Below, piece after piece: positions 51,063 to 63,858 of a stretch of 64,000 bases of DNA (the stretch's first letter is position 1; the number at the start of each line of letters is the position of its first letter). Origin of the DNA: Octopus vulgaris. Its lineage: Eukaryota. Below the pieces are notes generated by a model that searched no databases, was not told where the DNA came from, and saw only the letters and a list, made by a program, of their open reading frames with translations. The stretch lies in contig OX597818.1 of assembly GCA_951406725.2 (NCBI GenBank), forward strand, positions 95,852,001-95,916,000, read 5' to 3'. A program made the position numbers and the translations under genes.

Positions 51063-53690
51063 ACATCATCATCATCATCATTATCATCATCGTTTAATGT
51101 CCGCTTTCCATGCTAGCATGGGTTGGACAATTTTGACTGAGGGCTGGTGAACCAGATGGCTGCACCAGGCTCCAATCTTGATATCTTGATCTGGCAGAGT
51201 TTCTACAGCTGGATGCCCTTCCTAACGCCAACCACTCCGAGAGTGTAGTGGGAGCTTTTTACGTGCCATTCAGGCGGTACTGGCAATGACCTCGCTTGAA
51301 ACTTTTTACACATGCCACCGGCACAGGTGCCAGTAAGGCGACGTTGGTAACGATCACGCTCGAATGGTGCCCTTTTACGTGCCACTGGCATGGAAGCCAG
51401 TTGGCTGCTCTGGCAACGATCACACTTGGATGGTGCTCTTGCCACCCTACTAGCACGGGCACAAGTGCCAGTAAGGCGATGCTGGTAATGATCACACTCG
51501 AATGGTGTTCTTTTATGTGCTACTGGCATGGAAGCCGGTTAGCCGCTCTGTCAACAATCACACTCATATGGTGCTCTTTGCACCCTGCTAGCATGGATGC
51601 CAGTCATCGAATTTGATTTTGATTTCGATTTCACTTGCTTCAACAGGTTTTCACAAGTAGAGTTTAGTGACCAAAGAAGGAAAAGGTATGCATAAGCGGG
51701 CTGGTTATGCTCCTGGCATAGGCCACAGGTTATGGTCTCATTTGGCTTGCTGGGTCTTCTCAAGCACAGCATATTTCCAAAAGTCTCGGTTGCTAGTCAT
51801 TTCCTTGGTGAGGCCTAATGTTCGAAGGTCGTGCTTCACTACTTCATCCCAGGTCTTCCTGGGTCTGCCTCTTCAACAGGTTCCCTCAACTGCTAGGGTG
51901 TGGCACTTTTTCACACAGCTATCCTCATCCATTCTCGCCACATGACCATACCAGCACAGTCGTCTCTCTTGCACACCACATCTAATGCTTCTTAGGTTCA
52001 ACTTTTCTCTCAAGGTACTTACACTCTGTCGAGTATGCACACTGACATTACACATCCATCGAATCATACTGGCTTCATTCCTTGTGAGCTTACGCATGTC
52101 CTCAGCAGTCACAGCCCATGTTTCACTGCCATGTAGCATGGCTGTTCGTACACAAGTCTCATACGGTCTACCTTTTACTCTGAGCGAGCGGCCCTTTGTC
52201 ACCAGCAGAGGTAAGAGCTCCCTAAACTTTGCCCAAGCTATTCTTATTCTAGCAGCTACACTGCTACACTTTCAGCGCACCCTCCTCTACTACTGACTTG
52301 GTCACCTAGGTAACGGAAGTTATCAACTACTTCTAGTTTTTCTCCCTGGAATGTGGCGGAAGTTGTTATCTGCACATTTTCAGTGTTTATTGCTCAGGAG
52401 CATCTCCCACATACAAAAACTATCTTCCCAGTTAGCCTTCCTTTGATATTATTGCACCTCTTATGTGTCCATAGCTTACACTGGGTACATCTTATAGAGT
52501 TTCTACCTACGCTTCTACTACAGATCGAGCAGGGCCATCTACCTGAAGAGATTTGTGGTTTGCCTGCCTTCCTACTTATTAGGACTTTGGTTTTAGCTAG
52601 GTTGATTCTAAGGCCCTTCGATTCTAATCCTTGTTTCCACACTTGAAACTTCTCCTCTAGTTCTGATAGTGACTCAGCAATTAGAGCAAGGTCATCAGCA
52701 TAGAAGAGCTCCCAGTGGCATCCTGTCTTGAATTCCTCCATTATTGCCTGGAGGACTATGATAAATAGGAGGGGGCTGAGGACTGAACCTTGGTGGACCC
52801 CTACCTCTACTCTGAATTCTTCAGTGTACTCATTGCCAACCCTCACCTTACTTACAGCATCCCTGTACATGGCTTGCACAGCTCTCACTAACCATTCATC
52901 TATCCCTAGTTTCCTCATTGACCACCAGATAAGGGATCGGGGGACCCTGTCAAAGGCTTTCTCCATGTCAACGAAAGCCAGGTACAGGGGTTTATCTTTG
53001 GCTAGGTATTTCTCCTGCAGTTATCTTACCAGAAATATGGCATCAGTGGTGCTTTTCCCTGGCACAAAACCAAACTGCATCTCATCCAAGCTGACTCTCT
53101 CCCTAATCAGTTGGGCTATAACCCTCTCTGTAACCTTCATTACCTGATCCAACAGCTTGATACCTCTGTAATTATTTGTATCTAAAGCGTCACCTTTACC
53201 TTTGTAGCAGTTGACTATTATGCTGCTACACAAGATATTGGGTACGACTCCTTCGTGTATCACCTGGTTAACTATACGGTGACTAGGCTATAGCCGACAC
53301 TGCCAGATATTTTGAGCATCTCTCCAGTAATTCCTGATGGGCCTGGGGCTTTCCCTGTCTTCATACTTCTAATTGCCTTATCTACCAAGGTACTGTCAAC
53401 TCGGATAGCTGGTCCCTCTGTTGAGTCAACATTCGGCAGACACTCTTTCTCCCATTCATTTTCTTTATTCAGCAACCTTTCATAATGGCATCTCCAAACC
53501 TCTCTCTTTGCATCCTCATTTAGAGCAAGTGAACCATCATCCATGCGAACACATTTCTTTCCTACCACATCACGATTCTCTCTCACGTACTGTCTTGCAA
53601 CACGAAATACCTCAAATCTTTGGTCCTCACAGTGCAGAACATTGGCAAATTTTTTCTTATCTGCTTCCCCACTGGCTAAATAAATCTGCC
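51063..53690 (-). mobile_element. 5'-truncated RTE-clade LINE with stops and frameshifts
   Basis: GKAPGPSGI, NYRGIKLL, QFGFVPGKSTTDAIF, DMEKAFDRVPR, GVHQGSVLSPLLF, YADDL, FRYLG and HGSETW motifs. The 3' UTR has ~61-bp tandem units and a (GAT)n tail. Confidence 0.93.
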
Positions 53691-56600
53691 CTGTCCTGCA
53701 AAATTCCAGGCCTTGTGCCTATAATAAAAAAGATTGTTTGCAGAATGGATTATGTTACAAAGAGGAAATGTAAAATATTGCCACATTTAAAATTAAAATG
53801 ATATTTATATTTTATTATCATCATCAACATCACATCATCATCATTGTCACCGTTGTTGTCGTCATCGTCATCGTCGTTGTCATAATCATCATCATTTAAC
53901 GTCCATGTTCCATGTTGTCATGGATCAGTCTCTGGCAACTAAATATGCAACAGTATAACTATGGAGTGTATAACCAGGTTATCACTGCCTCCAAAACTGT
54001 GACATCTTGTTTTGTAAATAGATATATGAAGTTGAAAAAGAAATGTTGTTGATGAATAGGCTGTGTGAGATCTATTGGATGTTTTGTTAAGGTGAAGTAC
54101 AATGGAAATGAAAATGCAACTGACAAACAAATATGTTGGTTCTCCATATAAAATATTATATGTTGTGGTGTCGGGGAATTGGCATGGTTTTATAGTAGAT
54201 GGTGGATGTGATTTAGAAACATAGGTAGAAGAAGGTGGAAGGAGACCTGAGATGCTGTTTTATAGGACCTGTAACAATGTTGTTGATGATGATGACAACA
54301 ACAATGATGATGATAATAATGATTGATATTGTTATATATATAGATTGTTATAACAATAATAGCCATGATGTTGATGATAGAGAGAAATAGGATGTTGAAG
54401 GAAACAACTAGGTTTTATTTCATAACTGGCATTTTTTGCAAAATCTTGTATCATGAGAAAAGGAAAAAAGAATTGAAAATTCTTTCACTTTACCTTCTTT
54501 CTTCTCCTTACATACAAAATATTCCCATTTTTTTTTTTTTTTGTGTTGCAAGTTCATAAATGTGTACAAAACTGCTTTATTGATAAACATCTTAAAGTTT
54601 GGTGCTGATGCTGTAAACTTCTCAGTGAATGTTGAAACTTGTTATGATAAATGGTGCAACTTGCTGTCAATAATGCCACTTAATATGGATTTTGCCGTTG
54701 ATGGTAAAATATGAAGTAGATATTGCAGTGTGCAGTATATGGTTTATGACTTAATGTTGATGGTTAGAGATGTAGTCAATAATTCTATGTACAATAGATA
54801 ATATAACTTTCAAATAATATTGCAACTTAGTGTAAGTCAGCATTGTTGTTACTAACAGTCGTGTGATTGAAAACTGGTTCTTTGCATTTGCTTGTATCAC
54901 ATTCCCAATAATAACCTATTAATTCCTCTCTTGATTTTCATTCAACTTCATTTGGGCCTTGTAGGATTAGAACTGAAGTTTCTTTTCCTAATGTCAGAAA
55001 TTGAATATTTGCAGAGAAGTGACAATTATTTCATTTAGCCAGTACACTGATATGAAATATAATGTAATGTTAAGGGATTCATAACTGATTGCACTTAACT
55101 CAAATTTCATGGACAGGACAACTATGTATCATAGATAATATTCCTAGATGACCTGGTACCTTTAACAGACAGATTGGTTGACTGAGACAATTTAGAATTA
55201 GGAGAAATTCCCCAAATACACCTGATGAGATAGAATTACAAATGAGGTAATCCTTCTGTGAAGTAAATCCCAGCTACTGCAAAGCATGGTGCTGCATCAG
55301 TTATAACTGTCAAGTGATGTTTTGTGCCAGCCAGTCACTTGATATACATAGACTGCAATGACACGGACACCAGAAGAAAGAAAAACAGAACTGTTCCAAG
55401 AAAACCTAGCACTAAATTTTCCAGAAACACCTCAAATACGTGAGAGCTTTTTTGATATGAGTGGTAAGATCTGCAGCAGATTGATCATGCTAGATTGAGC
55501 ATTCTGCCTCATATGTTTCACAGTGCAGAAGGACTTTAAGTCTAAATAAGTAATATGCTGGAGCCTAGCGGCAGGTATTTAAAGGGAAAAATTTGACAAG
55601 TCAGTTAGTCAGTGGCTGACACTCGCTGATGATACATCGAAGAGGCCAGGAAACAGCAGAAAGAAGAAGAAAGAAGACATGCACCCAACACCAGAGCTGA
55701 AGACACCTCCGAAAGTGGGGGCCTCGCCACGTCAAAACGGTAGAGGAGTAGGGGCTGAAACCGGACGTGGTTCCTCCTGATGATGTCTTGAGCTAACTGG
55801 ATCCTATAAAGGAGCTGTTGTGGTAGCAGACCACGAAACATGGTTGTAATTCCTCCATATATGTCTTCTAAACTCTTGTGCTTATTACAATATGTTAAGT
55901 TGATGTGAGATATTTGTCACCCCAGACAGGAAATTGTTATTTTGTAAGTACAATATTCTACAATATTCTAGTATCCATGCTCTGATAGCTTGGTGAGCTA
56001 TGGAAATGTAAAATTTTGAATTAAATCTATGCAGCAAGACTCCTGTTGTGTGTTTGAGCACACATCAAATATATGGTAGTGTAAGTTTGTTCCAGTTTAC
56101 CTTGGAATTGTGATATAACATGCCCATGCAACTTGGAAAGAATGGTGTGATGTACTAGTCACTGTGGCATTATTACCAACTTTGTAAATTGACTTCTGTG
56201 TTGTCTTATAAACAACATAACAAAGGATCAGGATCAGTGACAACATATTATGCAACAAACCAGTTCCACATATGGCAGCTTGGAAATATAAATGTAAAAC
56301 CAAAGATTTCATATATTTACTTTTACAATTTACATTTCAAGTTCAAATATGGCCAACCTTATTATTGATTTTTTTCTGGTAGTAAATAAATAAATTGATT
56401 AAATTACACCCCTTTCAAAAAAAAGTCTTATGGCTATTTAAAACAAATGGTTATTAAACTTGTTGTGGTGAACTGATTACTAAGTCATCTAGTTTTCCCT
56501 GTACCATTTTCCCTTTCTATCAGCCACACTAATGTAACTCTGCACCTTACTCTATTCCTCACCGATTTATATTTCTTACTTTCTCATGTGTCTGTTACTT

Positions 56601-56821
56601 AAACCATACCTCATACGATTACTATTATACACACTGCAACCACTCACAATGACACTCTCAGGATTCACATTATCCCTGCTTACATCATAACTAATACCAC
56701 TGACACCAGCTATTCAAATCACTGCCACTGCTACTACCACTAACACCTATGATATCAGCACCACTCAGTGTTTGACTCAGTAATGTACCAGTGCTGTTTC
56801 AAATTTCTATTTTACTTACAG

Positions 56822-56857
56822 TATCCAGTACAGCCCTGGCCCGCCATCTTACTCCAG
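56822..56857 (+). CDS. Micro-exon (36 nt, phase 2-2): (S)IQYSPGPPSYS
   Basis: TTTCTATTTTACTTACAG acceptor, CAG|GTAACC donor and a PPSY motif. GC-rich island in an AT-rich intron. Confidence 0.75.
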
Positions 56858-57697
56858 GTAACCCACACTTCTAACACTTACCTAAATTTTTCAACTGCCT
56901 TGTTCCTGGTGGAGCTGCTTACATTCTAATAATATCAGTAGGTTTCTGATATATCTTGAATATAAACCCAACCAACATTGAAGTATTCTAGGATGGTGGG
57001 AACACTTAAATCAAAATTCTGTGGAGAGTTACCTTTGTATAAATCCGGATTTAGATATACAAGAAAACCAAATCACACAGCCAGCCATGTATGATGTCTA
57101 CCAAACTTCCACAAATACCTAAACATATAACAGCACACTACAACAATACTACAACAAGAACAAATACATTCCCTGTACTATATGTTCACTCGTCATAAAC
57201 ATGTTAATACATTAAGAACACACTATAACATTAGAACAACACAGATTTAGGTACTCCATCTCTCAGTTCAAAATGGCACACACACTCTTACACTCACACA
57301 CACTTCACAAACACATTTACACACACAAATATATGTACATGTGTACATTAAAACATTGCGGCATCAAAAATTTTATTCGGTCCACAGTATCGCATGCAAA
57401 AATATTTCTACTTTTGTTGTGGACTTTAAACAAAATTAATGGTAAGACGGATGTAATATTACATAGCAAATCATTGAATGATAGAATGTGCATCATGGCT
57501 TTTACACTTGACTTAAGATTGAAATTAGTAGAGTTGTGAGTTGCTCCTAATTGTTCAATCATTTACTTTCTTCTGATCTGATCAAGCAGAGCTGATCACA
57601 GGTGAAAAAATCTTTTTCTTTTCTTAGTTGAATGAAAAGGATTAGAACCTATGATGTCTGTAGGTCCTCAGAGAGTGGTGTGGGTTGAATCCTTGTA

Positions 57698-57896
57698 CAA
57701 GGGGCTGCTGTAAAGTTCTTGGCTTTAAGGGTATCACAAGAGGCCTGGTTGGAAGCCCAACCTTTCACAGAGCTTAGAAAAACTGCTGCAATAAGCATGT
57801 AAATCTGAGAGGGGAATATATTGAATAAAATCAAAATTCACTGATCCTCATGTATTTTCTTTTACCCAAAGCCAGGAACTTTTCAGTACCACCTTG
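57698..57896 (+). mobile_element. Mariner-derived MITE, same family as 8393-8609
   Basis: TA flanks, matching TIRs and a collinear interior in the opposite orientation. Confidence 0.85.
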
Positions 57897-59076
57897 TAAG
57901 TATATAGCTGAAGGAACAACATAGAACTGGTAAAAATTCAAAGAGCTCCAGTTTTGAGTAAAAATGATTGTGTAACATGTTTAGTGCAGGATTTGGAAGG
58001 ATACAAAGATGTGGTTGCATTGTGTGCACTAGGCAGTTGACAGTTTGTAATTTGTTTGTTTGGTTGAACAGAAACCATTCTAATAGTGAGAGAGAGAGAG
58101 AGAGAGAGAGTAAACTATGCCTGTGAGCCAGTAGTTGTCATGTGTTGATGAGTGAATCATTAGTAATCAGTCAGAGCCTTACATGTAATATAGAATATGG
58201 AATATATGTATGTGTCTCTGATCTAAATATGTGAGAAGTTTACAATGTGGGTCATATTTGAACCTTGTAGAATGTCAGCAAATGATAATGGTTCAAATAT
58301 CTTTTAGTTCTGAAGAGAAATATCCTTTGCGATTCACTTTTGAAAATGCTATTTTTCTGAGGTTGCAAAAAGAAATTATCAGAGACTGGGAGTGAAATCT
58401 CTTAGTACTTTGTAACTTTGAGGGCTTTCACTAGGTGTTGTTTAAATGGAGAGTGAGTGTAATAAAAACCTTTTCCTTCATATGTGCAGTAACTGTGTGT
58501 CACTGTGCCATTAAAGGAGACCAAAGTTATTTGTTGATTCTCAACCAACAACATTAGTGTGATATTCAAAGTTAACGTGTGAGTCATTCTACCCTACTAA
58601 TTCTTCTGAGTATTGAATGGTTGGTTACTTATCTGACTCATACTCGTAGATTCAATATATTATTATAAACTGCCATAATATGTGTTCCATATTATATATC
58701 AAAGCTGATTGGAGTAAAAGGACTGGGCAAAAGCACTATTGAAGAGATATAGAAATTCTTTTATTTTCATTAAAGCATCATTGCAAAATGTTGGGCTACT
58801 CCTTATTATGTAATCATTGTAAAATGGGCATTAGCACCCTTGATATGGTCATCCAAAAAGTTTTAATTAAATGCAATTGAGAGTGAGTTTGATCTTTGGC
58901 AGCATGGGCACAACTCCTGACATGCTTCAGTTTTAATAGACTGCTTCAATAAAGTGTGCACATATGTGTGTGTCTGTGAATGTATTTGTGTGTGTGTGTG
59001 TGAGTTTGTCAGTCCATTTGTCCATCATTTGTTTGTATTGGATCTGTGAATCAAATGGTATTATTTCTATTGACAG

Positions 59077-59112
59077 TACACCATACAGTCCTCTGCCACC
59101 AGTGTATACAAG
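59077..59112 (+). CDS. Micro-exon (36 nt, phase 2-2): (S)TPYSPLPPVYT
   Basis: ATTTCTATTGACAG acceptor, AAG|GTAAAC donor and a PPVY motif. Paralogous to 56822-56857. Confidence 0.75.
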
Positions 59113-59804
59113 GTAAACCTATACACTCCCAACAGAACAGCTTTCTCTAGCACTATACTGCATACTAAGCCTTAACTTTCATGTGAGAGAAGATCTGCAC
59201 TTATGTAAACTTGATATCTCAATCCAGTATAATGTACAATATCCCATATCTTGTATTATTGTATAGTATAACACATCCTATTGTAACATGTGCCTCACAT
59301 CATTGCAATATACAGCATTATACTGTCTATATGTTCGTCATGATACAGTGACTACTATCACTGTACTGCATATATGTCTGCCATAATATAGCAACAAACT
59401 AATCACTATACTGTCTAGCTTCCTATCATAGTATAGTAACATATCAATCACTGTATTGTAGTATATCCATCAGTAATGTCAATATATTCACCACCACATC
59501 TATACTTATATTATCTACTCTAAGGTATATTTCTTACAGTTGTAACAAATACTCACAACTCATATGTTTCTATCCATATCTACTATTGTAACACAGTCAC
59601 CATTCCATTTTTTAACAATCAATGCTTTTCCTTTATTTCTGTATCAATCCCAATATCTTCCTCTCCTGATACGATAACGCTTTAGAGCCACTATTCTTAT
59701 GTTGTAACCAATTTCATACAAAATAGACACTCTTTTGCACAAAAGTCTTGTCCATCTTTAAATTTGGTCATCTAATTGTCTACTCTACCTTTATTTCTCA
59801 TTAG

Positions 59805-59840
59805 TGCTCCAGCCACACCACGGCCATTTTTCTTTGGCAG
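59805..59840 (+). CDS. Micro-exon (36 nt, phase 2-2): (S)APATPRPFFFG
   Basis: CTTTATTTCTCATTAG acceptor with CTAAT upstream, and CAG|GTATGT donor. Same length and phase as the two preceding micro-exons. Confidence 0.7.
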
Positions 59841-60813
59841 GTATGTTTATTTCATTCATCTTTAACAATATTAGCGTGAAAATTTGGCAAATATTGTTGA
59901 GAAATCAAATTTACAAACTTGGTTTCAGTTTTTGTGTGGAGTTCATTTAAAATCTTATACACTGCTGATACCCTTGAGAAAGTCATAAATATCACCGTAT
60001 CTCATATACTTCTCATTTGGAGATCTTGTGCTGACATAAATTATTATATATTATATAAATTCATACCTATGTATTTTATACATACATACAAACATATATA
60101 TTTGTTGCTGCCCTTGTGCCAAAATGTGAAACCATTATTATTATTTGAGTTGAAGAAACAGAACAATAAAAGAGTTATATCCTTGCTATCAACAACACAT
60201 TTACCCATTCCCAGACAAAATCAAAATCATCAGTGTCCTCAATGTGACTTCATAGCAAAATCCATACCTGGACTCAAATTACATTCATGCATCCATCACA
60301 AACAGATGCAGCTTCATTTATTCTTTTATTTTTAAAGTTATTCTTTACTTTGTCTCATTATTTTTCTTTCAAATCCTCTCCTTCAAACACTCATACGTCA
60401 AAATTGATGGGAGTGACCAACTACCACCACCACCACCACCACCACCACCACCACCACCACCACCACCACCACCACTACCATCATCATCATCATCATCACA
60501 ATTGTTAACATGCCAGACAAAATGCTTAGCGGTATTTCACCTATTGCTATGATCTGAGTTCAAATTCTGCTGAGGTTGACTTTGCCTTTCATCCATTTGG
60601 GGGTCAATAAATTAAGTACCAGTTATGCAGTGGGTCAATGTAATCGACTTTCCCACTCCCACTAAGTTTCAGGCCTTGTGCCTATAGTAGAAAGGATTAT
60701 TATTATGAATTTTTTCATATACATACGCACAAACTTATATATAATATATATATATATATATATTTATAGAGAGAGAGTAAGAGAGAGAGAGAGAATAAAG
60801 TGTATGTATGCTG

Positions 60814-60844
<31 letters not shown>

Positions 60845-60849
<5 letters not shown>

Positions 60850-61422
60850 CAAAATAGGACAAGAACGCAAAACATCCAGACAACTAGGTGATACAAAAAG
60901 GGACAACAAAACATCTAGATAGACGATACAAAAAAACAAGGATGGGTCATTCAAAGCTTTCTATCCTCAATCAAGAACCAGATCATCCTCTCAATTTTGG
61001 ATGATTAATCTTGAGATTGCTCCAATCTGGCCAGCCCCAAGGAAAAACTAAGCTTAGAGCATTAGATTCCTTGGAAGAAAGCATCGAATGCATACAAAAA
61101 CAAGGATGGAAAAACAGACAATGTTACACAAATATAAATACCATATAAATACTATAAAAATAATAACAGGACATAACAACAGGTGTCTTTTGACTGGGGA
61201 CGAATTGAATTCAGCTGGCATGTGTGGAAATGAAGCCTTACGGCAGAGATACAAAAGTTTCACAAACACAGGGAAGAATATTGATGTTGCACAGACTATG
61301 GTCAGATATATATATGGATACAAAAATTTCACAAACTCAGGGAAGAATATTGATGTTGCATGGACTATGGTCAGACTCAAAAAGGGAGCTAGCAGTCTGG
61401 CCTATGATATATATAATTGGCA

Positions 61423-61425
<3 letters not shown>
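60845..61425. mobile_element. Unclassified ~580-bp repeat inserted in (TA)n with internal duplications
   Basis: Bounded by (TA)n on both sides. A 59-bp duplication occupies 61248-61306 and 61317-61375, with a shorter one near 60867-60935. Confidence 0.5.
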
Positions 61426-61471
<46 letters not shown>

Positions 61472-62695
61472 TTGTTCAAGTTTAATAAAATTTGATATGT
61501 ACTCAATGCATGAAGTATCATTGTTGGGCCTAAGGCCCGATGAAGTGCCTTTCACAGGAGCTAGCTTAAAAGCCACTTTTAAGTGTGTGTATGTGTGTGC
61601 AGGTGGGTGATTACACTATATTTGTAAATAAGTGTCACTGTCACGCAAGTGGAGTTTTTGTTTATAGTCTTCCAAAACATATATGTCTAGAAATGGAGAA
61701 ATATTACCTAGCTTGGAAACAGGTGTATGCTAGTGACATGTAAGGCATTCAGTTGTAGAAAATTTGTCTCAGCAAATTTTGTCTGACCCATGCTCCCATG
61801 GAAAAGTTGATACTAAAATGACAATGATGATATACAGGCACGTGTGTGTGTTTGCATGCCTTCTTCATGTCATAATATTTGCATGCTGATTGAAAAGCAA
61901 GTCACTTCTTATACAAGCAGTGTCAGTTGTTAGCAATCTTCTGATGAGACATGTTTGGCTTTTGAGCTGTTTTTTCTTGATGGATAATTTTAAAGGAAAT
62001 ATTAGTTTTTGTTTGGAAAGAGGTGAGAGTTGGTAATAGAAAAAGCATTCAGTGGTAGAAATTATTGTGCTTAAGTTTCATCTGATCCATGCAAGCACAG
62101 AAAAACAAGCATTGAAATAATGATGATGATAATGATGTGTGTGTGTGTGTGTGGTGGTTGGGGTATGTGTTTGTATTTATTTCACTTCTTGAGAACATAT
62201 GACTATAGCACAATTTTAAGTAGTGTTAAGCTTTTGAAATTTATAGATTGTCAGTTATCTTAACAAAATATGTAAATACTCCTTAATATTTGCTCTAATC
62301 TAACATTTCATATTTTCTTGATCTATCTTGATCTATTTTTTACATTGTGTCTTTTATTTTCATTTCATTTCAAGCTTACTGTCATTTTGTTGACAATCAT
62401 TTATTGCCTATATTTGGAATTTTATAATCATCATCATTGTTTAACGTCCACTTTCCATGCTGGCATCGGTTGGACAGTTTGACTGAGGACTGACAAACCA
62501 GAAGGCTGTACCAGTCTCCAATCTGATCTGGCAAGGTTTCTACAACAGGATGCCCTTCCTAACGTCCTGTTTTAAAATGTACACTGACAGGTGATTGTGC
62601 TTGGTGTTGTGTTACCTCACTACTCATCTGAGCAGGGTAATGTTGCTGGATTGTCTGCTGTTGTAAATTTTCAATACCTCCATTTCGTTACCTCC

Positions 62696-63165
62696 ATGAG
62701 TCATTAATATGCAGGAGGATGTAAAAAACAATTGTATTTTCATAAATGCAATATTTATGGTAATTTTGTCTGGTGTAAATAGAAAATAACTATGGGTGAG
62801 ACCAAACCATTTGAAAACCAAACTCATCTTTCCATTATTATGTTGACAACTGTCATGTAGATAGATCAATTCTTATGGAACATTTGTTACTTGAGTGTGA
62901 GATATTTTGATAGAATATTTAATAATGGGTGTTGCTGTCACTCTTATTGGTTATGGTTTTCTTACTGAAAAATGAATTAAGGTTTTAAGCAGACCCTTCA
63001 TGGTACAATCAGTAAATATATGGTTCAACATATATCTTTTCACTATAAAATGAGTCATTAATATGCAGAAAGATGTAAAAAACAATTGTATTTTCATAAA
63101 TGCAATATTTATGGTAATTTTGTCTGGTGTAAATAGAAAATAACTATGGGTGAGACCAAACCATT
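62696..63165. repeat. 116-bp direct repeat pair
   Basis: 62696-62811 and 63050-63165 differ at 2 positions and are separated by a 238-bp spacer. Confidence 0.92.
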
Positions 63166-63759
63166 GTGATAGTTGCAGTAATCATTGTCATTTAACTGTT
63201 TCTTTTGTTAGACATGTTCCTTCATTGAGTTTCATATAGGACTGAACTATGCCTATTCATAGAACTTACAGTAAGGTAAATGCAGCCAATGTATGAAGAG
63301 CAATTTACTATATCTTTTTACATAGAGATCACTATGATAATGACAATGATATGAATAATGATGATGATAATGACAATAACTATAGGTTTTTTCCTTATTA
63401 TTGTCATCCAGGCCCATTCATTCAGACAATAAAATGTATACAAAGGTGTTACAAAATAGGTGGAGACGAATGAAAGAGAATTAATTATACATAAACAAGG
63501 GGCACACTAAAAACACTAAGCAGTATATTGAAGCATGTTAATTTTCTCAATTTAAAAAAAATTATGCAAAAAAATGAAACATATATGTATGTGTGTGTGT
63601 GCGCGCGCGTATAAATTAACTGTTATATCCATACATACATACATACATACATACATACACACACATATATATATACATACTAATTTTTATTTATGGATTA
63701 ACAAGACAACCGATGATTCCATGTGGAAAACTTTTCCACAATCTTCAAGTGATCCACTT

Positions 63760-63858
63760 GAGAATGTTGGTAATTGTCTCCATTTTGGATGAGAATGCTG
63801 GTAATCACCTCTATTTTGGATGAGAATGCTGGTAATCACCTCTAGTTTGGATGAGAAT
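63760..63858. repeat. 31-bp minisatellite, ~3.2 copies
   Basis: GAGAATGCTGGTAATCACCTCTATTTTGGAT units start at 63760, 63791, 63822 and 63853. Confidence 0.9.

Noticed and set aside
55972-55992. 21-nt phase-2 candidate micro-exon (SIHALIA)
   Set aside because: Weak polypyrimidine tract, does not end in AG, and lacks the proline-rich pattern. It is plausible by chance.
61525-61578. CCGATGA hairpin resembling another hammerhead
   Set aside because: The GAAA core is absent (GGAG) and stem I is not adjacent. Too degenerate to call.
63412-63445. 34-nt candidate exon (RPIHSDNKMYTK), and a candidate terminal exon at 63212
   Set aside because: Weak GTGTTA donor and a length that is not a multiple of 3. 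Neither can be separated from background without transcripts.
395-63792. Dozens of track ORFs rich in YI/CV/HT, poly-L, poly-S, poly-H and similar
   Set aside because: They are translations of (TA)n, (CA)n and trinucleotide microsatellites, with no splice or homology support.
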